DNA of 64,000 nucleotides from a virus. The stretch spans positions 18,783 to 82,782 of the IMG/VR virus record IMGVR_UViG_3300047548_001509; one strand, given 5' to 3'. Under the pieces are notes generated by a model that saw only the letters and a list, made by a program, of their open reading frames with translations, ran no database searches and was not told the DNA's origin. A program made the position numbers and the translations under genes. Of this stretch, positions 20,083-29,568 are shown piece after piece (position 1 is the stretch's first letter; the number at the start of each line of letters is the position of its first letter).

Positions 20083-21861
20083 ATGAGAACGTTAATAGCA
20101 ACTGCAATTATCTTGGTATCATCAGTATATGGACAAGATTACAATAAGCTTAATAATTATTCACAAGCTATTGATAATATCTTAGAGTCTCAATATCAGA
20201 AAGTTAAGCTTAAGGGTAATCCAATAATCAATGATGATCAATTTGTACGAAGAGCATATCTAACAATTATAGGAAGAATTCCAACAGTTGATGAATATGA
20301 TGCATTTATTACAAATAATCTTCCAACAAAGAGACAGGAATTAATTAAACATCTTCTTAAACACCCGGGTTATACATCTCATATGTATAATTTCTGGGCA
20401 GATGCTCTTAGATTGAGAGAAAGATTATCACCAGTTAACAACTTCAATGGTGGTCCTTATATTCAATACATTAAAGATCAAATTAAGAAAAACGTTCCGT
20501 ATACACAATTTGTTAAGGATCTTTTACAGTCATCGGGGTTATATTACACTAATCCAGCAACGGGTTATTATTACAGAGATCTTGGAATGCCTCTTGATAA
20601 TTTAATCGCAACAATGAAAGTATTTGGTGGTACAGACATTTCATGTGCTCAATGTCATGATGACCCTTTCCAAGATTTCTCTCAATTAGAGTTTTATGAA
20701 CTTGCAGCATTTTTTGTACAGACAGATCTAAGAAATAAAACTGATAAAGAAATGCAAGAGAAAGTTGCTTCTCTACGAAAAGAAGTTGATGAACTAATTA
20801 AGCAAGATCCAATGAAGAATAGAGGTCTCAACAATCAGATTAATAATTTCGTTCGAGCAACTCAAACAGCTGTTGAGGTAATCGAAAATAAAACAATTAA
20901 GCTTCCGCATGACTATCAATATACAGATAAAAAGCCAAATGAAGTAATACAACCAAAGTTTCTTAAATCATCTGGAGAAATAAAGAATAAACACGACTTA
21001 AGAATTGATGCTATTAATTGGCTAACATCACCACAACATCCAACATTTACTAAAAATATATCTAACAGATATTGGAGACTCATTTTTGGCCGTTATATTA
21101 TCGAAGAATTTGACAACATTCAAGATTCTGCTGTACTATCTGGAGATTTAATGACCATGCTTCAGAAAATAATGATAGATTGTGGATATAATACACAGCA
21201 ATTTTTATATGTACTTCTCAATACAAAGCTTTTCCAAAGAGAAATGTATGATGGTGCATATGCAAATTCTGAATCATTTGTCTTTATTGGTCCTGTAAAG
21301 CAAAGACTTTCAGCTGAGCAATTGTGGGATTCTGTTCTGTCTCTTACATTGGAAAAGCCAGAACAATTTCAAACAACATTCCAGATTGAATACTCAAAAA
21401 TTATGCAGACTTATTTGGAAGACATGACAATTGAAGGTATCAAGAAAAAGCTTGATCAATACAATAAGGTCATGCAAACAAAATATGATGGTGCTCCTAA
21501 GTATAAAAATTACATGTTAGTCCGCGCTTCTGAGGTTAATGATTTAACAGGTTCTAACAATGTGATAAGTCAACTTGGTAGATCAGATAGAGAATTAATT
21601 CAAACATCTTCTCTCGAGGGATCTGTTACGCAAGTAATATCTTTCATGAATGGACAGATTGGGGAGATTGCAACATCAAAAGACTTGAGATTAATGCAAT
21701 TACTACAGGGTAAATCACCTGCTGATAAAATTGAGATTGTTTTCAAAGCAGTTCTTTCTAGAAAGCCAACTATTGCTGAGAAGTCTCAATTTGCTGGTGT
21801 TCCGGACGATGATATCATCTGGGCGTTGATTAACACAAATCAATTCAAATTCACTAAATAA
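20083..21861 (+). CDS. DUF1549/DUF1553 (PSCyt2/PSD1)-domain exported protein
   Basis: Signal peptide; DDQFVRRAYLTIIGRIPT, FWADALR, ISCAQCHDDPF (CxxCH), NRYWRLIFGR, RLSAEQLWDS, WALINTNQF. Confidence 0.85.
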   Translation: MRTLIATAIILVSSVYGQDYNKLNNYSQAIDNILESQYQKVKLKGNPIINDDQFVRRAYLTIIGRIPTVDEYDAFITNNLPTKRQELIKHLLKHPGYTSHMYNFWADALRLRERLSPVNNFNGGPYIQYIKDQIKKNVPYTQFVKDLLQSSGLYYTNPATGYYYRDLGMPLDNLIATMKVFGGTDISCAQCHDDPFQDFSQLEFYELAAFFVQTDLRNKTDKEMQEKVASLRKEVDELIKQDPMKNRGLNNQINNFVRATQTAVEVIENKTIKLPHDYQYTDKKPNEVIQPKFLKSSGEIKNKHDLRIDAINWLTSPQHPTFTKNISNRYWRLIFGRYIIEEFDNIQDSAVLSGDLMTMLQKIMIDCGYNTQQFLYVLLNTKLFQREMYDGAYANSESFVFIGPVKQRLSAEQLWDSVLSLTLEKPEQFQTTFQIEYSKIMQTYLEDMTIEGIKKKLDQYNKVMQTKYDGAPKYKNYMLVRASEVNDLTGSNNVISQLGRSDRELIQTSSLEGSVTQVISFMNGQIGEIATSKDLRLMQLLQGKSPADKIEIVFKAVLSRKPTIAEKSQFAGVPDDDIIWALINTNQFKFTK

Positions 21862-21865
21862 TACT

Positions 21866-22072
21866 ATGACAAAAACTGACCAGCGTTTAATTTGGGAAGC
21901 TTATGTGGATTCATTTGAAGATAGTGAACTTCAAATGGGTATTGAAGTAGAAATGGAGCATACAGATGACCCAAAGATTGCTGAGCAGATTGCCAGGGAC
22001 CACCTTGCTGAAAATCCAACGTATTATACAGACTTAAAAAGATGTGAAGATCAAACAGGAAAAAAATTATGA
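21866..22072 (+). CDS. DUF5661-like small phage protein
   Basis: ELQMGIEVEMEHT...IARDHLAENPTYYT; own ACTAAATA at 21853-21860. Confidence 0.75.
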   Translation: MTKTDQRLIWEAYVDSFEDSELQMGIEVEMEHTDDPKIAEQIARDHLAENPTYYTDLKRCEDQTGKKL

Positions 22073-23304
22073 ATAAACTAAATCGTCGCGAATTCGTTCT
22101 CAACCTAGCTGCTACAGGGTTGGGTGTTACTGTATTACCAACCATTAATGCTGCTCCAGCTCCACGAAAAGCTGAGCATATCATTTACTTGTTTATGAAT
22201 GGTGGTATGTCACATCTTGATACATTTGACCCAAAAACAAATGAAGAAGTAAAAGGGGAATTTAATACCATTAAAACTAATACTGGAGCTGATATTAGCG
22301 AACATCTACCTAATTTAGCTAAACTTGGAGATAAAATGGCTATTATCCGCTCAATGATGGTTACAACTGGAGCTCACGAACAAGCTCAATATCTTCAGAG
22401 AACATCTTATAAAAAGATTGGTACAATTGTTCATCCAAATTTAGGTGCATGGATGTGTAATGTTCAAGATGATAAGAAACTTCGTGCTATTCCACAGAAT
22501 GTTCTTATTTCAGGACCAGCAGATCATCCAGGTTCAGGTTGGATGCCAAAGAAATATGCACCGGTTCCGATCCAAGATCCAATGAGAGGTCTTGAAAATT
22601 CTGCTTTGAAAAATAAAGACGAGTTTTCAAAGCGTATTCAAATCCTCCAACAACTTGAAAAAGATTCTCTTAAAGCTATAAACCCACAACAAAAAGCTTA
22701 CAGTGAGTTTTATGATCAAACAATTAGACTGCTCAATTCAACTGAGTTAGATGTATTTGATCTTTCAAAAGAAACAAAAGAAACACGCGATAAATATGGT
22801 GATAACCGTTTTGGTCAAGGTTGTTGTCTTGCAAAACGCCTTATTGAAAAAGGTGGTGTGAAGTTTATTGAAGTTCAAGATGGTGGATGGGATACACACG
22901 TTAATAACTTTGAAGCTCTTGAAACAAAACTTAAGATTTTTGATACAGCTATTTCTGCTCTTGTTGAAGATCTCAAGCAGTCTGGTTTGCTTGAAAAAAC
23001 ATTAATTGTCATTTCAACAGACTTTGGTCGTACTCCTGTAATTAATGTTAATAATGGTCGTGACCACCACCCGGGTTGCTTTAGCGGATGTTTGATTGGT
23101 GCTGGAATTAAAGGAGGCCAAGTACATGGGACAACTGACGAAAAGGGAATGAAAGTTGTTGATAAGGTTGTGTCTGTGCAGGATTTTAATGCAACTATTG
23201 CAGCTGCAGCAAATATACCTGTTGATCTTGTTCTTCACTCACCAGAAGGAAGACCATTTAAAGTCGCCGATAAAGGTGTACCAATTCAAAGTCTTCTAGT
23301 TTAA
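22069..23304 (+). CDS. DUF1501-family protein with Tat signal peptide
   Basis: LNRREFV twin-arginine leader; LFMNGGMSHLDTFDPK, GGWDTH, TDFGRTP, GRDHHP. Confidence 0.9.
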   Translation: MNKLNRREFVLNLAATGLGVTVLPTINAAPAPRKAEHIIYLFMNGGMSHLDTFDPKTNEEVKGEFNTIKTNTGADISEHLPNLAKLGDKMAIIRSMMVTTGAHEQAQYLQRTSYKKIGTIVHPNLGAWMCNVQDDKKLRAIPQNVLISGPADHPGSGWMPKKYAPVPIQDPMRGLENSALKNKDEFSKRIQILQQLEKDSLKAINPQQKAYSEFYDQTIRLLNSTELDVFDLSKETKETRDKYGDNRFGQGCCLAKRLIEKGGVKFIEVQDGGWDTHVNNFEALETKLKIFDTAISALVEDLKQSGLLEKTLIVISTDFGRTPVINVNNGRDHHPGCFSGCLIGAGIKGGQVHGTTDEKGMKVVDKVVSVQDFNATIAAAANIPVDLVLHSPEGRPFKVADKGVPIQSLLV

Positions 23305-23340
23305 TCTAGATATTTTAATACAGTAACATAAATTAAATTT

Positions 23341-24153
23341 ATGAGCATACTTTGCTTGGGTAATGGTTTGGTTGGAAGAGAATTCCAAAGACGGGGTATT
23401 CAGTCCCTTGGAAGAGAACTTATTAATATTACACATCAGGCTAGTGTGTTTGATAGTTATGCTTTGCAAGAACAATTAGATCAGTTTGATACTATTATAA
23501 ATTGTATTGCATTTACAAATACAAAGCCAAAAACAAAAGAAGACTTTTCATTTAACGTATTGGTTAATACCAATTTTGTTAGAGATCTTGCTATTTTTTG
23601 TGACGAACACAATAAAAAATTGGTCCATATCTCAACCGGGGATATCTATGGAGATTCACAAAGACTTCGAATGTCTAAAGCATTTAAGGAGACAGATTCG
23701 ACAATCGTGATGACAGAGTATTCTGCAGCAAAATACCTTGCAGAACAATTCATTGATAAAGATAAACATCTCATCTTAAGACCTCGTTTGATTTTTGGAC
23801 CAGATAATCTGTCTAGTAACTTAATAACAAAACTATACAAATATACATCATTTACCCCTTATATAAATTCATTCTGTTCAACACGAACATTAGTTGATGC
23901 TGCTCTCACACTAATAGACAAGCAAGCAACGGGGGTGTTTAATGTATGTAACTCTGGTATCTCTACTATGTTGGAATTAGCAGAGATAATTAGAGATAAA
24001 TTCGATAAGTCGAAAAAAATAGAACATGCTCAGATTGATTCAATTAATAATGTTCTTGATATTAAGAAACTTTCACTATACTATAAACCAACTCCTATTG
24101 TTTTTGAATTTCAGGATATCTATCCAAAATTTCTTGAAACCATAAAGGCTTAG
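23341..24153 (+). CDS. NAD-dependent epimerase/RmlD-like SDR
   Basis: LGNGLVG, INCIA, HISTGDIYG, YSAAK. Confidence 0.75.
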   Translation: MSILCLGNGLVGREFQRRGIQSLGRELINITHQASVFDSYALQEQLDQFDTIINCIAFTNTKPKTKEDFSFNVLVNTNFVRDLAIFCDEHNKKLVHISTGDIYGDSQRLRMSKAFKETDSTIVMTEYSAAKYLAEQFIDKDKHLILRPRLIFGPDNLSSNLITKLYKYTSFTPYINSFCSTRTLVDAALTLIDKQATGVFNVCNSGISTMLELAEIIRDKFDKSKKIEHAQIDSINNVLDIKKLSLYYKPTPIVFEFQDIYPKFLETIKA

Positions 24154-24664
24154 ATTTGTTTGTCCATGTAGCAAAAGGTTTGTCAAACACATAATAGTGT
24201 CTATATTTTTCTTTAGCAGAAAAATTTTCAAAACCACTAATCTTCCAACAATTTTTATCTTTGTTGATTGCTATTGCATAAGGTGTAATTGAACCACCTT
24301 CAACGCATGCATTACTTTTGTTTTTATCAACCCAATTAACAAAATCCCCAGTAAAATGTTCTTCTGACTGAGGCCATCTCTCATATCGTTCTCTTAACAT
24401 AGTTTTTGTATGTTCAAGAAGCCAAAAAAAGTTTGCAGAGGTTTTACGAGCCCAAACAGACGAAGGGTGATTTGCGTAACCACCCTTCGATTTTCTAATT
24501 TTACCCGTTTTGGTACGTGGGCAGCTACTATGACTAAGTTGATCTTGATCAAAGCATGATTGAAGTGCAATTGCACTCTCAATAATCATTTTTGATCTAA
24601 CATGCTTATCACATAGATCTTTTGCTGCCTTGACTGGGTCATCGTCAAGGATAAAGATATTCAT
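24095..24664 (-). CDS. Pyrimidine-dimer DNA glycosylase (DenV)-like family protein
   Basis: MNIFILDDDP..AA..LCDKHV..KMIIES, NHPSSVWAR, YRHYY...K. Confidence 0.7.
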   Translation of the reverse strand: MNIFILDDDPVKAAKDLCDKHVRSKMIIESAIALQSCFDQDQLSHSSCPRTKTGKIRKSKGGYANHPSSVWARKTSANFFWLLEHTKTMLRERYERWPQSEEHFTGDFVNWVDKNKSNACVEGGSITPYAIAINKDKNCWKISGFENFSAKEKYRHYYVFDKPFATWTNKSKPLWFQEILDRYPEIQKQ

Positions 24665-24673
24665 CTTGTATAA

Positions 24674-25294
24674 TTACAATACGCCTCGGTTATTCTGAGC
24701 AAATTCAACGAATTTATAAAATTCAGCCCGGGATGCTCCATCAATATCATGGAAAGCTCCAGACACTCTCGCTGTGCGCATGCAACTAGGGTGCTTAATT
24801 CCGCGTGCTGAACAACATGTATGATTTGCTTCAATCATTACTGCAACACCTTTATTATCAATGCATACACTATCGATAGTCTCGTGGATCTTCTTAGTAA
24901 GAGATTCTTGAACTGATGGTCTACGACTAATGTGGTCAACAATTCTATTTAATTTTGACAATCCTATCATTTTGCCATCTCGAGATGGGATATAAGCAAC
25001 ATGCGCATACCCAGAAAAGGTAAGCAGATGATGTGCGCAAAGTGATACTAATGGAATATTAGTTTGACATACCATTCCATCGTATTGTTCATCATTTGCA
25101 AAAGATGTAATAGTTGGTGGATCAGTAAAAAGGCCTTTCATAAGGTCATTAATCCAGGATTTAATAACTCTTTTAGGTGTGTCCTGCATATGTGGATCAG
25201 TATCCCAATTAATATTGAGAGACTTAAGTACATGACCCATATGGGTAGTAGCATCTATAATATTTTGTTCTGTAATATTAATTTTATCGATCAT
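24674..25294 (-). CDS. folE: GTP cyclohydrolase I
   Basis: DTPKRV, SLCAHHL, GLSKLNRIV, RRPSVQE, HTCCSARG. Confidence 0.95.
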   Translation of the reverse strand: MIDKINITEQNIIDATTHMGHVLKSLNINWDTDPHMQDTPKRVIKSWINDLMKGLFTDPPTITSFANDEQYDGMVCQTNIPLVSLCAHHLLTFSGYAHVAYIPSRDGKMIGLSKLNRIVDHISRRPSVQESLTKKIHETIDSVCIDNKGVAVMIEANHTCCSARGIKHPSCMRTARVSGAFHDIDGASRAEFYKFVEFAQNNRGVL

Positions 25295-25300
25295 AATATA

Positions 25301-25328
25301 ATATTATCTACTTTCCCATAGATGTCAA
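25301..25328 (-). promoter_or_regulatory. Sigma70-like promoter of folE
   Basis: TTGACA-16 nt-TAATAT, ATG 6 nt downstream. Confidence 0.6.
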
Positions 25329-25362
25329 ATATTTTTTTGATTGCCAATATATTATAATTGTT

Positions 25363-25515
25363 TCAGCTCCGAGTTCTTTTTAGGTTACACTCTGTATCTC
25401 TAATAGTCGATAAGTTAAACATATTCATGTACTTTCGACAGGTTGTGTTATGTTGTCTTAGATGGGAGTTTGTTACCTCTTTAAATTCTCTGTTACATAT
25501 TAAGCATCATCTCAT
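25363..25515 (-). pseudogene. Zinc-finger N-terminal remnant, probably of a homing endonuclease
   Basis: MR*CLICNREFKEVTNSHLRQHNTTCRKYMNMF...; TGA at codon 3; TAAATA at 25521-25526. Confidence 0.55.
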
Positions 25516-25593
25516 CTACATATTTACAGCGAATGGGTTATGATATCCACAACTAATACTAGTAATATTCTACTTTACTTACTAAATATCCAT

Positions 25594-25947
25594 ATGGAAA
25601 AATTCAAACAACTTTTTGAAGAAGCACAAAGATTAAATGAGAGTGATCAGATTTTTGGAAATGTTAAATTAATTCCAACACCGAATGATGTTGTTAAAGG
25701 CATTGGTAATTTATTAGCAAAACCTTTTAAAAAGGGCGTCGCACAACAATCTACACAACAATCTACTAACCAATTACAGCAATCTACTGACCAACAACAA
25801 TCTCCAGTTCAAAGAAAAGAAAAAGGGACGATACTATATTTTAGAATGTATGATTCTAAATTACCAAACCCTCTTTTTATTAGATATGATAGGAGGACAA
25901 AGCATATAACCTTCATTTCAGAAAATGATTTCAAAAAAATGGTTTGA
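25594..25947 (+). CDS. Hypothetical late protein (start reassigned from 25540)
   Basis: ACTAAATA at 25581-25588 then ATG 25594; N-term MEKFKQLFEE; Gln-rich middle. Confidence 0.6.
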   Translation: MEKFKQLFEEAQRLNESDQIFGNVKLIPTPNDVVKGIGNLLAKPFKKGVAQQSTQQSTNQLQQSTDQQQSPVQRKEKGTILYFRMYDSKLPNPLFIRYDRRTKHITFISENDFKKMV

Positions 25948-25977
25948 TTTATTTAGGAAGTATCTCATAATTAATTT

Positions 25978-26655
25978 ATGAGTAATTTTATTTCAACAAA
26001 AGTTATTGAATTGGGTTCAAGTGCGTTCAGACAGTGGAGAGCAACACACAGCCATTGCCAATATATTCATGGGTACCAGCTTAAAGCAAAATTTTGGTTT
26101 ACATGTAGTAAATTAGATGAAAAGCACTGGTGTGCTGATTTTGGAGGTCTTAAGCCGTTAAAGGAAGCTTTGCAAGCAGTATTTGATCATAAATTACTCG
26201 TAGCAGCTGATGATCCCTGCCTTGAAGATTTTAAATCTCTCGAACAAAAAGGTGTTGTAAAATTGTCAATTTTTCCAAAGGGTGTTGGTATTGAAAGAGC
26301 TGCTGAATATTGTTTTGAAGTTGCACAAGATTTTATTCACCAGACGTATGGACCAAGAGTTCAAGTTAGTAGAGTAGAAGTATTTGAACACGAAGATAAT
26401 TCAGCTGTTTATGAATCTTGTGCAAAATATGAAAAATATTTATCTAAAGTACAATCAATGATTGCAGAAGCAATTTCACAACCAGATGAAAACCCACAGG
26501 ATGGAAGTGTAACCGGTACTATGACCTCAATTGAAGAGTCTCCCTGGGGTACACCGGTTACAGAATTAACAGTCACACCACATCAGCCAGCACAGATCTC
26601 ACAACAAGTAACCTCTGGTCGTGGTAATTGGTTTGCTGGTACTTCTTGGCAATAA
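25978..26655 (+). CDS. queD: 6-carboxytetrahydropterin synthase (QueD/PTPS-like) with low-complexity C-tail
   Basis: FRQWRATHSHCQYIHGY, DFGGLK, FDHKLL, VEVFEHEDNSA. Confidence 0.85.
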   Translation: MSNFISTKVIELGSSAFRQWRATHSHCQYIHGYQLKAKFWFTCSKLDEKHWCADFGGLKPLKEALQAVFDHKLLVAADDPCLEDFKSLEQKGVVKLSIFPKGVGIERAAEYCFEVAQDFIHQTYGPRVQVSRVEVFEHEDNSAVYESCAKYEKYLSKVQSMIAEAISQPDENPQDGSVTGTMTSIEESPWGTPVTELTVTPHQPAQISQQVTSGRGNWFAGTSWQ

Positions 26656-27417
26656 TTATTTTGCTAAATCAAGTACTTCAACAATGTGTTTGAGAATCTC
26701 AGAACGTACGATGTCTTCTGTAGTGAACTTTGCACAGAAGATATCATGTTCTTTTGATAGATCAGTATTAAAAGCATTAAACACCCTGCGAAATCCAGAA
26801 TCTTTAATATCTGATTGATTACAATCTCCTATTACGGCATACTTAGATTTATTACCAAAACGGGTTAGTATAGTTGCACATTCCTTAGGTGAGAAATTTT
26901 GTGATTCGTCCACAATTACAAATGTTCTATGAAATGTTAGACCACGGCAGAAATTGACAGGTATACCTTTAATTAACCCGTGTTGAAAAAGATACTCCCC
27001 TGTACCATTTCTAGTTAGTTCATTTACTTTATCAATAAGAGGCATAGACCAAGGAAGAAATTTATCATCAATTTCACCAGGAAGTGAACCCATTTTATTA
27101 TCAGCAGACTCAGCAATAGAACGAATATAAAAGATTTTATCAACATACCGCTCTTTAAGTGCTGTTAACGCGGCATAAACAGCTAGAAAAGTTTTGCCAC
27201 TGCCTGCAGGACCATCAATTAAAACCATTTTTGTTTTGTTTCTTTGCATCAAATGTAAAACATCCAGATGTCTCTGAGACAATTCAAAAGGTTGGTATAT
27301 CTCAAAATTTGTTACCGCATTTTGATTTAATGATGTGTATATGTCATCAACTAATATATCGTTAGTTTTTGACCCGTCAACTTTATGCGATTTACGTATC
27401 GCTTTTTTAGTAGACAT
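26656..27417 (-). CDS. phoH: PhoH-family ATPase
   Basis: GPAGSGKT, GSLPG, RGLTF, VDESQN, LTRFG, GDCNQSD, DIVRS. Confidence 0.92.
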   Translation of the reverse strand: MSTKKAIRKSHKVDGSKTNDILVDDIYTSLNQNAVTNFEIYQPFELSQRHLDVLHLMQRNKTKMVLIDGPAGSGKTFLAVYAALTALKERYVDKIFYIRSIAESADNKMGSLPGEIDDKFLPWSMPLIDKVNELTRNGTGEYLFQHGLIKGIPVNFCRGLTFHRTFVIVDESQNFSPKECATILTRFGNKSKYAVIGDCNQSDIKDSGFRRVFNAFNTDLSKEHDIFCAKFTTEDIVRSEILKHIVEVLDLAK

Positions 27418-27434
27418 ATAAGCTATTTAATAAT

Positions 27435-27462
27435 TTGACATTAGGAAACAGGTGATTATAAT
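27435..27462 (+). promoter_or_regulatory. Consensus sigma70 promoter of queE
   Basis: TTGACA (27435-40)-16 nt-TATAAT (27457-62); ATG at 27468. Confidence 0.75.
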
Positions 27463-27467
27463 TAGTA

Positions 27468-28277
27468 ATGATTGATATTGATAAAGAGTTTTTAACTGTC
27501 GGTGGTGTAGGTGGGGAACCAGAAATTTTTGCAACACTCGAGGGTGAAGGCAGATATGTTGGACAACCTTCAATTTTTATTCGAATGGCTACATGTAATT
27601 TAACATGTAGTGCGTGGGCTTCTCCAGACTCTCCAAATGGATGTGATTCATATGTATCATGGTCGGTTAAGAACAAAATTACATTTCGTAAGGCATTTGA
27701 AATCTTAGAAGGGTTGAATGCAATTCAACGACTAAAAGATGGTTGGATTCTAAAACTCACAGGCGGTGAACCATTTATTAGACAAAAAGAGCTTTATAAA
27801 TTTGTTCAAGCTCTTGGTCAGGAATATGGAATAAACAAACCAAAAATTGATTTTGAGACAAATGGTACAATAATGCCAGATTGTAAAATGTGGGGATGGG
27901 ATGATTCCAATAGTTTCTCAAACCTATGGATTGATAATAATGTAACGTTTACTACTTCACCAAAACTATCTACAAATGGTGATCCTGAAGAAAAGACATA
28001 CAAGCCAGAAGTACTTAGATTTTTGAAGAAAAATTATGCATGTTTTAAATTCGTGATTACAGGGGAAAGAGACATTGAAGAAATTTGGAGAAAATACGTA
28101 GAAGATAAAGAAGGGATTAATATCACAAGGGATATGATTTGGTTTATGCCTTGTTGTGGTTCTCGACAGGAGCATATTGAAAGAGCAACTACAGTAGCAG
28201 AGTATGCGAAATCAATGGGTGTTAACTTTTCTCCAAGGTTGCATTTGATACTCTGGGACAAAAGTCTAAGAGTGTAA
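27468..28277 (+). CDS. queE: 7-carboxy-7-deazaguanine synthase (radical SAM)
   Basis: EIFATLEGEG..GQPSIFIR..CNLTC, LTGGEP, FETNGT, SPKL, FKFVI, PRLH. Confidence 0.9.
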   Translation: MIDIDKEFLTVGGVGGEPEIFATLEGEGRYVGQPSIFIRMATCNLTCSAWASPDSPNGCDSYVSWSVKNKITFRKAFEILEGLNAIQRLKDGWILKLTGGEPFIRQKELYKFVQALGQEYGINKPKIDFETNGTIMPDCKMWGWDDSNSFSNLWIDNNVTFTTSPKLSTNGDPEEKTYKPEVLRFLKKNYACFKFVITGERDIEEIWRKYVEDKEGINITRDMIWFMPCCGSRQEHIERATTVAEYAKSMGVNFSPRLHLILWDKSLRV

Positions 28278-28295
28278 TTAACATCTAGGTAATTT

Positions 28296-28904
28296 ATGGT
28301 AATAACAAAAAAAATCGATTTCGAGATGGCACATATTGTGCGTAACGCATGGTCTCGAAGATGTTCACATAGTATTCATGGTCATAGCTACACAGCAGAG
28401 ATCATGATTGAATCAAAAGAGTTTGATAGTGGTGGAATGGTTATGGACTTTGGTCTTGTTAAAAAATATATTCACCCATTTATCGATTCCTTTGATCATG
28501 CAACTATGTTGTGGAATCAAGATGACCCAGAGATTATATCATTATTTGAGAACAAATTTGAACGTGTAATTGTATCACCATTTACATCTTCTTGTGAGCA
28601 ACAAGCCCGGTATTTTTATTGGATTATTAATGAAATTATTGAATATGTAAAAGTTATAGACCCACAAGTTTCAAACCGATATGTATCAGTTCGTGGTGTG
28701 AGAATACACGAAACCAAAACAGGAAGTGCATTTTATACGTCACATAATGCAAAATCAGAAGATAACAAATTTAAGTATACAGATGTGTATAATGATATTG
28801 TAAGTATTAAATTTTCTGATGGTATAATTAGTGAATGGCCTAAAGAAATACAACATATCTATCATGATATTTTTGATATAGATCCACAGAAACTAGGAAA
28901 TTGA
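28296..28904 (+). CDS. queD: Second 6-carboxytetrahydropterin synthase (QueD2-like)
   Basis: FEMAHIVRNAWSRRCSHSIHGHSY, MVMDFG, SFDHA, IHETKT. Confidence 0.85.
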   Translation: MVITKKIDFEMAHIVRNAWSRRCSHSIHGHSYTAEIMIESKEFDSGGMVMDFGLVKKYIHPFIDSFDHATMLWNQDDPEIISLFENKFERVIVSPFTSSCEQQARYFYWIINEIIEYVKVIDPQVSNRYVSVRGVRIHETKTGSAFYTSHNAKSEDNKFKYTDVYNDIVSIKFSDGIISEWPKEIQHIYHDIFDIDPQKLGN

Positions 28905-28932
28905 TTACAATTGATAAAAAGTAATCAAAAAG

Positions 28933-29559
28933 ATGATTAAGCACAAAAGTAAAATACTTAAGCTAAATGCTAACTACATGCCTATTGATGTGGGTGATTG
29001 GAAAGATATTATGGTTAATATCGTTTCTGGTGCCGCATATCCTGTAGATGTGCAGTATGCTCAAGATGAAGATGGAAAGTATACCAATAAAATTGAATCT
29101 TTCTTCCCAGTAAAATCTTGGAAAGACTGGGAAGAACTTTCTATTAGAGAATGTGACGAGTATGTTATTGGCGCTACAAAGACTTACAGGTTACCTGTTG
29201 TTGTAATTTGCTCAAGATATGATCAGGTTAGATGGGGACATTCAGTATTCCCAACTAGTAGAAACATTTATAAGAGAGATAATTATACATGTCAGTATAC
29301 TGGGAAAAAATTACAAAAACATGAGCTGTCTGTAGACCACATTATACCAGTCTCAAAAGGTGGTCAAAATACCTGGACTAATCTTGTTTGTTGTGATAGG
29401 GAATTAAATAGTTGGAAAGGTTCACGTACCCTAAAAGAATGTGGTCTTAAGCTGATTAATAAACCTATTCAACCAACAAATGGTGTTAATAGGGTGTTCG
29501 AATTCATGAAAGATGAATGGAATATTTTTCTTGGTGGAGATTACGACAGTACATATTAA
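28933..29559 (+). CDS. HNH endonuclease
   Basis: LKLNANYMP, RNIYKRDNYTCQY, VDHIIPVSKGG.NTWTNLVCC...N..KG. Confidence 0.9.
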   Translation: MIKHKSKILKLNANYMPIDVGDWKDIMVNIVSGAAYPVDVQYAQDEDGKYTNKIESFFPVKSWKDWEELSIRECDEYVIGATKTYRLPVVVICSRYDQVRWGHSVFPTSRNIYKRDNYTCQYTGKKLQKHELSVDHIIPVSKGGQNTWTNLVCCDRELNSWKGSRTLKECGLKLINKPIQPTNGVNRVFEFMKDEWNIFLGGDYDSTY

Positions 29560-29568
29560 AATAAGGTT

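Noticed and set aside
25358-25543. Plus-strand 61-aa ORF
   Set aside because: Shadow of the minus-strand zinc-finger remnant; TTG start, no motif
25743-25800. CAACAATCTAC repeats
   Set aside because: Encodes QQST low-complexity protein segment
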